Below are positions 54,994-64,000 of a DNA stretch of 64,000 nucleotides, in pieces. The notes beneath the pieces are model-generated. The model searched no databases, was not told where the DNA came from, and saw only the letters and a program-made list of their open reading frames with translations. Source of the DNA: Candidatus Methylomirabilota bacterium (GTDB lineage: Bacteria; Methylomirabilota; Methylomirabilia; Rokubacteriales; CSP1-6); the NCBI GenBank assembly GCA_036506275.1, contig DASXSB010000031.1, forward strand, positions 642 through 64,641, given 5' to 3'. The position numbers were made by a program, and so were the translations under genes. Each line of letters opens with the position of its first letter. Within the stretch, counting starts at the first letter, position 1.

Positions 54994-55689
54994 TCAGTCC
55001 TGGCACTGAACCCCCGCCGTCGCGAACCGGCTCGCCGCCCATTCGCGGTACGTGTTCTCGAGCAGCTTGCCGTTGAGGGCAAAGCCGTCGTCGGTGAACT
55101 GATGACATCCGCGGCAGAACTCGGCCGTCAGAAAGGCCGGCGTCCGCGTCACCCCGCGGTGAGGAAGGTTCTCCCGTGGCGCCGCGCTCGCCGTGCTGCC
55201 GTCACGGCGCGGGGGGCCGAACCGCTCGTGGCCGCGCACGTGGCAGCCCGCGCAGGGGATGCCTTTCGGGCGGAGCGTCGCGTCGAACGCGGGGTTGGGC
55301 ACGAGGCCGCCGTCCTTCGGCACGAGCGGTCGCTGTTCGAAGAGCGGCGCGTGGCAATTCTGGCAGTCGAGCGCGCTCCGCGGCTCCTTTTCCAGCATCT
55401 CGCGGAGCTGGCCGGCCACCCCCGGTCCCATGGACGCGGCATGAATGCTGCCCCGCCAGTCCGCGTGCTGCACGGGATGGCAGGTGCCGCACGCCTCCGG
55501 TTGCAGCGACGCCTCGACCGGCGTGAAGCGTGACGGCGGAAGTCCCTGCTGCGGAAGAGGCTGCCGCCAGTGTCGGGTCACGAAATCTTCAGCGGCCAGG
55601 GCGAGACCGAACAGGAGCGTGACAAGCGCGGCAAGCACGACACCGAACGGGACGGCGACGGGGACGGAAGAGGCCGGCACTCGGCGCAT
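54994..55689 (-). CDS. tetraheme c-type cytochrome
   Basis: 231 aa with an N-terminal TM/signal anchor and four CxxCH motifs (CGTCH, CQNCH, CAGCH, CRGCH). Confidence 0.8.
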   Translation of the reverse strand: MRRVPASSVPVAVPFGVVLAALVTLLFGLALAAEDFVTRHWRQPLPQQGLPPSRFTPVEASLQPEACGTCHPVQHADWRGSIHAASMGPGVAGQLREMLEKEPRSALDCQNCHAPLFEQRPLVPKDGGLVPNPAFDATLRPKGIPCAGCHVRGHERFGPPRRDGSTASAAPRENLPHRGVTRTPAFLTAEFCRGCHQFTDDGFALNGKLLENTYREWAASRFATAGVQCQD

Positions 55690-55800
55690 CGCCCTACGTT
55701 ACCAGCCGTGCTCTCCCGATGGCATTCGTCGTGCAGTTTCGAGTCCTAGCCTCTGGATGTGAAGGTCTTTCACCAACACCCGACGACGAGGGACAGGACC

Positions 55801-56544
55801 ATGGTGATGAGACACAGCCCATTCGAGCTACAACCGTCGGCCGCCGCCGAGGGATCGAGCCGTCGCGCCGGGGGCGACTACGCGAGGGGAGTCAACGTCG
55901 GTCAGGGTGAGCGCTGGGCGTCGGTGTTGGCAGGGGCCGCGCTCGCCGTCTACGGCATCACGCGCGCGTCGTGGGCGGGGCTCGCGCTCGCGGTGGTGGG
56001 CGGGACGCTCGTCTATCGTGGCGCCAGCGGCCGCTGCCAGCTCTACTCGGCGCTCGACATCGACCGCGCGCATCCGGGCGTGCGGCAGGGCAACCTCGGG
56101 ATCAAGGTCGATCAGGCGGTGCTCGTCAACGCGCCGGCCGACCGCTTGTTCCGGTTCTGGCGCAACCTGGAAAACCTGCCGCGCATCATGTCGAACGTCG
56201 AGTCCGTGCGCACAGAGAGTCCCATGCGGTCGCACTGGGTCGTGCGCGGGCCCGCCGGGAAGGCGTTCGAGTGGGACGCGGAGGTCATCAACGAGGTGCC
56301 CAACGAGACCATCGCGTGGCGCTCGGTGGGTCACCCCGACGTCGAGCACGCGGGCTCGGTGCGTTTCGAGCCTGCTCCCGACGGCGGCACGGTCGTGCGC
56401 GTGTCGCTCCAGTACGACCCTCCCGCGGGCGTGATCGGCGGCGTCATCGCCGCCTCCACGTGGCTCGGCGACGCGGGGCAACGGATCGACGAAGATCTCA
56501 CGAACTTCAAGCAGGCGGTGGAGTCCGGTCGCATCGCGGCCTGA
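55801..56544 (+). CDS. SRPBCC-family (polyketide cyclase/dehydrase-like) protein with an N-terminal DUF2892-like membrane segment
   Basis: Internal ATG gives MVMRHSPFELQ...; the DUF2892-like GERWASVLAGAALAVYGITRASWAGLALAVVGGTLVYRG segment is followed by an SRPBCC fold. Confidence 0.65.
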   Translation: MVMRHSPFELQPSAAAEGSSRRAGGDYARGVNVGQGERWASVLAGAALAVYGITRASWAGLALAVVGGTLVYRGASGRCQLYSALDIDRAHPGVRQGNLGIKVDQAVLVNAPADRLFRFWRNLENLPRIMSNVESVRTESPMRSHWVVRGPAGKAFEWDAEVINEVPNETIAWRSVGHPDVEHAGSVRFEPAPDGGTVVRVSLQYDPPAGVIGGVIAASTWLGDAGQRIDEDLTNFKQAVESGRIAA

Positions 56545-56647
56545 GCGCCTTTCTCGTCAAGCGCCGGCACGGAGCCCTTTTCGCGGCCCGTGCCGGCGCC
56601 TTGCGGTACAGTACCCCTCGCACCATCTTCGAACGGAGGCCCTCGCT

Positions 56648-59263
56648 GTGGATCCCTACCGCTTGCCGCGTCACGTGCTGCCGGTCCGCTACGACATCCG
56701 TCTCGAGCCCGACCTCACCACCGCGACCTTCACCGGCGACGAGACAATCACGGTCACCGTCACCGAGCCCACCGCCGAGATCTGGCTGAACGCGGTGGAC
56801 CTTGCAATCGACGAGGTGTCGGTGGTGAGGGATGGCGGCGCGCCCGTGATGGGGACGGCGTCGCTGGAGGACTCCACGGAGCGATGCCGGCTCGCCTTCG
56901 CGGAAAAAATTCCGGCGGGGACGGCCCGGCTGCGCCTCCGCTTCCGGGGCACGCTCAACGACAAGCTGCGCGGGTTCTATCGGAGCACGTACAAGGACGC
57001 GAGCGGCGCCACCCGCACGCTCGCCGCCACCCAGTTCGAGGCCACCGACGCCCGGCGCGCCTTTCCCTGCTGGGACGAGCCGTCGTTCAAGGCCGTGTTC
57101 GCCTCCACCCTCGTCGTCGATCCCGCGCTCACCGCCGTCTCCAACACCGGCATCGTTCGCGAGACGCGCGAGGGCGCGCGCAAGGCGCTCACGTTCGCCG
57201 ACACGATCAAGATGTCGACCTATCTCGTGGCGTACGTGGTGGGGGAGCTGGAGGCGACGGAGCCTGTGGCCGTGGGTCGCACGGCCCTCCGCGTGTGGTG
57301 CGTCCCCGGCAAGCTGCGCCTCGCGTCCTTCGGCCGTGAGATCGCGGCCGTGTCGCTCGACTTCTTCGAGCGCTACTACGGCCTCCCCTATCCGGGCGAC
57401 AAGCTCGACCTCCTCGCCATTCCCGACTTCGCGGCGGGCGCGATGGAGAACCTGGGCGCCATCACGTTTCGCGAGACGGCGCTCCTCGTCGACGAGAAGG
57501 CGGCCACCCACGGCGAGCTCGAGCGCGTGGCGGACGTGGTCGCTCACGAGAACGCCCACATGTGGTTCGGTGACCTCGCGACGATGAGCTGGTGGAACGG
57601 CATCTGGCTCAACGAGGCGTTCGCGACGTTCATGGAGATGTTGGCCGTCGACGCCTGGAAGCCGGACTGGGATCGGTGGACCACGTTCGGCGTGTCGCGC
57701 GCGGCCGCGTTGACGGTGGACGGGCTGCACGCCACGCGCCCCATCGAGTTCGCCGTGCACGCGCCCCGCGATGCCGACGCCATGTTCGACGTGCTCACCT
57801 ACGAGAAAGGCGCCTCCGTGCTCCGCATGCTGGAGCAGTACCTGGGTCCGGACGTCTTCCGGGAGGGGATTCGCACGTACCTGCGCCGTCACGCCTACGG
57901 CAACACGGAGACGGCCGATCTGTGGGCCGCCCTCGGCGAAGCCTCGCGCCAACCGATTCCCGACGTCATGGACGGGTGGATCTTCCGTCCCGGCTATCCG
58001 CTCGTGAGCGCGCGCCTCGATGGCGCCGACCTCGTGCTGTCGCAGCAGCGCTTCAACTATCTTCCCGCTCCGCTCCCGGCCGGGACGCCGGGCACCGCCA
58101 ACCGCCCGGAGACGCCGGCGGGAGGCGCCCGCCCGCACTGGCAGGTGCCGATCCAGATCCGCGTGCGCGCACGCGGCGCCGACACCTCGCGCCGTGTGCT
58201 CCTCGCCGAGGGCGAGGCGCGCGTTCGCCTCCCCGACGGCTTCGACTCCGCGCTCGTGAACGAGGGCGGTCACGGCTTCTATCGCGTCCGGTACGCGCCC
58301 GAGCTGCGCCAGCGCCTGCTGGCGCGGCTCGACGGCCTCGCCCCCATCGAGCGATTCAATCTCCTCAACGACGCGTGGGCGGCCACCCTCGCCGGGCTCA
58401 TCCCCATCGCGGACTACGTGGACCTCACCGCGCGCTTCCGCGGCGAGCGCGACAAGAACGTGTGGGCGATCGTGAACGCCTCGTTCGCGGCGTTCAACCG
58501 CGTGATCGACGCCGACGATCGGCCGCGGCTGGAGGCGCTCGTGCGCGATCGCGTGAGCCCGATGGTGGCCGAGCTCGGATGGGAGCCGCGTTCCGGCGAG
58601 AGCGACCTCGTGCGCCAGCTCCGCGGCGATCTCCTCCGTGTGCTCGGGGTGCTCGGCAACGACGCCGGCTGCCACGCCAAGGCCGCCGAGCTCTACGCGG
58701 TGGCTCGGCGTGATCCCCAGGCCGTGGATCCCAACGTCCTGCCCGCGCTCATCGCCATCCTCGCCCACGCCGGCGACGCCCGGCGCTACGACGAATTCCT
58801 GACTGCCTTCCGATCGGCGGCCACGCCCCAGGAAGAGCAGCGCTACCTCTATGCGCTGGCCGCGTTCCGGACCGTGCCGCTCCTCGAGCAGACGCTCGCT
58901 CGCACCGTGAACGGCGAGATCCGCACCCAGGATGCGCCGTTCGTCGTGCGCGCCGTCCTCATGAACGTCTATGGCCGGGAGCCGGCGTGGCGGTTCGTCA
59001 AGACCAACTGGGACACCATGGATCGGCAGTACCCCAAGAACGGGCTGCGACGGATGTGCGACGGCGTCATCGCCCTCGCCACCCCGGAGCTCGAGCGCGA
59101 CGTCCACACGTTCTTCGCCGAGCGCCACATCGACCTCGGCGGCCGCACGCTCGAGCAGTACCTGGAGCAGCTGCGGGTGGCGGTCACTTTCCGCGAGCGT
59201 GATGGCAAGGCTCTGTCGGCGGCGCTGGCCGGCGTCGGCGACGCCGCGCGGGGGACCCGATGA
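56648..59263 (+). CDS. pepN: aminopeptidase N (M1 family)
   Basis: 871 aa with the GAMEN motif (AAGAMENLG) and the HEXXH-18-E zinc motif (VVAHENAHMWFGDLATMSWWNGIWLNEAFATF). Confidence 0.93.
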   Translation: MDPYRLPRHVLPVRYDIRLEPDLTTATFTGDETITVTVTEPTAEIWLNAVDLAIDEVSVVRDGGAPVMGTASLEDSTERCRLAFAEKIPAGTARLRLRFRGTLNDKLRGFYRSTYKDASGATRTLAATQFEATDARRAFPCWDEPSFKAVFASTLVVDPALTAVSNTGIVRETREGARKALTFADTIKMSTYLVAYVVGELEATEPVAVGRTALRVWCVPGKLRLASFGREIAAVSLDFFERYYGLPYPGDKLDLLAIPDFAAGAMENLGAITFRETALLVDEKAATHGELERVADVVAHENAHMWFGDLATMSWWNGIWLNEAFATFMEMLAVDAWKPDWDRWTTFGVSRAAALTVDGLHATRPIEFAVHAPRDADAMFDVLTYEKGASVLRMLEQYLGPDVFREGIRTYLRRHAYGNTETADLWAALGEASRQPIPDVMDGWIFRPGYPLVSARLDGADLVLSQQRFNYLPAPLPAGTPGTANRPETPAGGARPHWQVPIQIRVRARGADTSRRVLLAEGEARVRLPDGFDSALVNEGGHGFYRVRYAPELRQRLLARLDGLAPIERFNLLNDAWAATLAGLIPIADYVDLTARFRGERDKNVWAIVNASFAAFNRVIDADDRPRLEALVRDRVSPMVAELGWEPRSGESDLVRQLRGDLLRVLGVLGNDAGCHAKAAELYAVARRDPQAVDPNVLPALIAILAHAGDARRYDEFLTAFRSAATPQEEQRYLYALAAFRTVPLLEQTLARTVNGEIRTQDAPFVVRAVLMNVYGREPAWRFVKTNWDTMDRQYPKNGLRRMCDGVIALATPELERDVHTFFAERHIDLGGRTLEQYLEQLRVAVTFRERDGKALSAALAGVGDAARGTR

Positions 59264-59853
59264 GCGGCCATACACCGGTGACGGCGAACGGCGTGACGAT
59301 GCGGAGGGGGGCGGGCGGAGCGATGATGCGGATTGCGGCGAGCGGCGTGATCGTGATCGTAGCGGCGGTGCTCGCGACGGGGGCGACGGTGCGCGCGCAG
59401 CACAGCGGACCGCGGCATGCCGGTCACGACACCGCCCAGATGTGCGAGCGCGAGTTCCAGACGGTGGTCGGCGAAGGCCTCGGCTTCGGCATGGCCTTCG
59501 CGGCCGACAAGAACGGCTATCCGGGCCCTCGGCACGTGCTGGAGCTGAAGCACCGGCTGCGCCTGACTCCGGCCCAGGAGGCGCGCACGCAGGCGCTGCT
59601 CGACGAGATGTTCGCGCAATCCCGCCCGCGGAGCGCGCGTCTGCTGGAGGCGGAGCGCCGGCTCGGGCAGCTCTTCGCGGCCAGCGGCGCCGACGAGGCG
59701 GCGGTGGCGCGCACGGTGGCCGAAGTCGAGCGGGCGCGCGCCGACGTTCGCCTCGTCCATCTCCTCTTCCACCTGCGCACGCGCGACGTCCTCACCGCCG
59801 CCCAGCGCGAGGAGTACCGGCGCGCCCGCTGGGACGCTCCCGACCACCGATAG
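59260..59853 (+). CDS. periplasmic LTXXQ-motif protein (Spy/CpxP/ZraP family)
   Basis: Signal peptide (MMRIAASGVIVIVAAVLATGATVRAQ) and two LTXXQ motifs (LTPAQ and LTAAQ). The true start is probably the internal Met near 59323. Confidence 0.6.
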   Translation: MSGHTPVTANGVTMRRGAGGAMMRIAASGVIVIVAAVLATGATVRAQHSGPRHAGHDTAQMCEREFQTVVGEGLGFGMAFAADKNGYPGPRHVLELKHRLRLTPAQEARTQALLDEMFAQSRPRSARLLEAERRLGQLFAASGADEAAVARTVAEVERARADVRLVHLLFHLRTRDVLTAAQREEYRRARWDAPDHR

Positions 59854-59865
59854 CCGCCGACGACG

Positions 59866-60258
59866 ATGGAGCGCTTCGTGCTGATCTGCCTGGGGGGCGC
59901 GATCGGCACCGGCCTCCGCTATCTGACCGCGGTGGCGGCCGTGAGATGGTTCGGTCCCGAGTTGCCGTACGGGACACTGATCGTGAACCTTGTGGGCTCT
60001 TTCTTGATCGGGTTCGTCCAGCAGATGAGCGTCGAGACCGTGCTCGTTCCCGAGGACGCGCGCCTCTTCCTGAGCACCGGCATCATGGGCGGCTTCACGA
60101 CGTACTCCGCGTTCAGCTACGAGACCGTGCGGCTCGTGCAGGTGGGGGCCTGGCTCTACGCCGGCCTCAACGTCGTCGTCACCACCGCCGCCTGCCTCGC
60201 CCTGTGCGCGCTCGGCATGACGCTCGCCCGCTCACTTCTCTCCGCGCGCCTGACCTGA
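59866..60258 (+). CDS. crcB: fluoride exporter CrcB/FluC
   Basis: 130 aa with four TM segments and the CrcB signature (GAIGTGLRYL and GGFTTYSAFSYE). Confidence 0.9.
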   Translation: MERFVLICLGGAIGTGLRYLTAVAAVRWFGPELPYGTLIVNLVGSFLIGFVQQMSVETVLVPEDARLFLSTGIMGGFTTYSAFSYETVRLVQVGAWLYAGLNVVVTTAACLALCALGMTLARSLLSARLT

Positions 60259-60285
60259 CCTGCACGAGCTACGGACCGGCGCCGC

Positions 60286-61593
60286 CTACCCTATCTCGAC
60301 GCCGAGGGCGACCGATGCGAGGCGGCCGAGGCCGAAAGCGATGAGCCCGGATGCGACCCCGAGCGTCGCCACCTCGAGCCCGGAGCGCACGGCGGAGACG
60401 CGACCGAGGCGTCCCTTGAGAGCGCCCACGAAGAAGAGCGCCGCCACCGTGAGGAGCGCGGAGAGCGCGAGAGCCCGGATCACGTCGGAGAGGACGAAAG
60501 GAAGGAGCGGCACCGCCGCGAAGAGGCCGAACGCGATGCCCATGACGAGCGAGTCCCGAACCGGCGAGCCGAGCCGCTGGGGGGCGAGGCCGAGCTCGAA
60601 CGTCGAAAGGGTAGCGAGCAGTAGCTCCGGATGCCGCGCGATGCGGCGGGCGACCTCGACGGCGTCGCCGCGGGACATGCCGCGCGCGGTGAGGGCCGCA
60701 ATCAGCTCCGCGATCTCCTCCCCCGCGTGCTCCCGGATCTCGCGGCGCTCGCGCGCCAGCTCGGCCTCGTAAAGCTGGCGCTGGGCGCGGGACGACACGA
60801 ACGTCCCGATCGACATGGCGAGGATCCCGGCCACGGCGGACACGGCGCCCGCGAGGAGAACGACCAGGTGATCGGCGCCGGCCGCCGCCAGCCCCGCCAC
60901 CACTGCGGACGTCGACACGAGGCCGTCCTGGGCGCCGAACACGACCTCTCGGATCGAGGAGAGCCGCTCGATCCGCTTCGGCTCGGTAGCCAGCTCTCGC
61001 ACGTGAGCGCGCCCGTCGCGGGTGCGCAGCGGCGCGGTCAGCGCCGGCGCGTCGCGCCCCGATGCCGCGTCGAGTAAGGGGGCCGTGTCGCGCCCCGGCG
61101 TCGCCTCACGCCCGGGCGCTGTCTCCGGCGCAGGGATCGCGTCGCCGGCGAGCGTCGTCTCCCGCCCCGGTGCCGCCCCCCGCATCGCGGAGGCCGCGGT
61201 CGCGGCCAGGCGCGCGAGGGCGGCGCGGAACATGTCGCGGTGATAGCGCTCGCGCTCGAGAGCGAGCCGGAACGAGGCGGCTGCGTCTTGCCGCCCTTCT
61301 TCCTCCGCCTCGCGGATCATGCGCGGCAAGGTGACCTCGATCTCCTGCACCTCGCCTCGCGCGGCCACCTCGAGGTTCTCGCGGGTGGAACGGATTGCGC
61401 CCATGGTGCGCAAATGGGTCAGGGCGTGGACGGTCTCCGCGCCGGCCGCCTCGAAGAACAGCTCGGCCACCTCGGGGTGGCCTTCCTGAAGCGCCTGCAT
61501 ACCGTAGGCGACGTAACGGCGGTTGGCGTCGGCTTCGCCGGCCAGGGCCACGTGGAGGTTCGCGTCGGTCCGGCCCTGGGCGTGCGGCGCCAT
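60286..61593 (-). CDS. rubrerythrin/ferritin-like domain fused to a VIT1/CCC1-family iron transporter
   Basis: 435 aa. The N-terminus has ferritin-like diiron motifs (EADANRRYVAYG and ETVHALTH). The C-terminus is the VIT1 membrane domain (VFGAQDGLVSTSAVVAGL..., 5 TM). Confidence 0.8.
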   Translation of the reverse strand: MAPHAQGRTDANLHVALAGEADANRRYVAYGMQALQEGHPEVAELFFEAAGAETVHALTHLRTMGAIRSTRENLEVAARGEVQEIEVTLPRMIREAEEEGRQDAAASFRLALERERYHRDMFRAALARLAATAASAMRGAAPGRETTLAGDAIPAPETAPGREATPGRDTAPLLDAASGRDAPALTAPLRTRDGRAHVRELATEPKRIERLSSIREVVFGAQDGLVSTSAVVAGLAAAGADHLVVLLAGAVSAVAGILAMSIGTFVSSRAQRQLYEAELARERREIREHAGEEIAELIAALTARGMSRGDAVEVARRIARHPELLLATLSTFELGLAPQRLGSPVRDSLVMGIAFGLFAAVPLLPFVLSDVIRALALSALLTVAALFFVGALKGRLGRVSAVRSGLEVATLGVASGLIAFGLGRLASVALGVEIG

Positions 61594-61649
61594 GCCGGCA
61601 TTTTATAGTGGAAACCGTGGTAGCTTTCGCAGGGACCGAGAGTGTAGGC

Positions 61650-64000
<2,351 letters not shown>

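Noticed and set aside
59820-59866. Fluoride (crcB) riboswitch upstream of crcB.
   Set aside because: crcB starts 12 nt after the upstream LTXXQ gene, leaving no room for the about 60-nt aptamer, and no conserved crcB-motif stretches were seen.

Overview
This is a high-GC (about 70%) bacterial chromosomal segment with tightly packed genes. It holds, in this order:

1. A nearly complete division and cell-wall (dcw) cluster on the minus strand, reading mraZ-rsmH-ftsL-ftsI-murE-murF-mraY-murD-ftsW-murC-murB-ftsQ-ftsA-ftsZ, with murG and ddl conspicuously absent. A near-consensus promoter and a triple-repeat MraZ operator sit upstream of mraZ.
2. Housekeeping and metabolic genes: alanine dehydrogenase, a peptide ABC importer operon with an amidase, adenine deaminase, ArfB, a fused indolepyruvate:ferredoxin oxidoreductase, an LLM oxidoreductase, a thermonuclease and a response regulator.
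3. An acyl-CoA module: a fused crotonyl-CoA reductase-like/enoyl-CoA hydratase protein next to a MaoC dehydratase.
4. The most interesting locus: a compact, fully overlap-coupled lasso-peptide-type RiPP operon (minus strand, 50286 to 43535) with the order B1(PqqD/RRE)-B2(protease)-C-C'(two lactam-synthetase paralogs)-A(51-aa precursor)-HprK-like kinase-nucleotidyltransferase. The precursor is a sub-60-aa ORF and is therefore missing from the ORF track. It carries the YxxPxLx3Gx5Tx leader motif and a Gly1...Glu8 core. No exporter is present. A set of about 21-bp-spaced direct repeats lies in the divergent promoter region.
5. A second accessory islet: three paralogous small peptide genes with a conserved DLPPKK...GG leader-like segment, translationally coupled to a TPR protein, beside a lower-GC non-coding stretch that contains a decayed ABC substrate-binding-protein pseudogene fragment.
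6. A tetraheme cytochrome c pair, an SRPBCC protein, aminopeptidase N, an LTXXQ periplasmic protein, CrcB, a rubrerythrin-VIT1 fusion, and a 3'-truncated PAS/GAF histidine kinase that runs off the window end (not in the ORF track).

Many long ORFs in the six-frame track are GC-driven alternative-frame or antisense artefacts and are not reported as genes.
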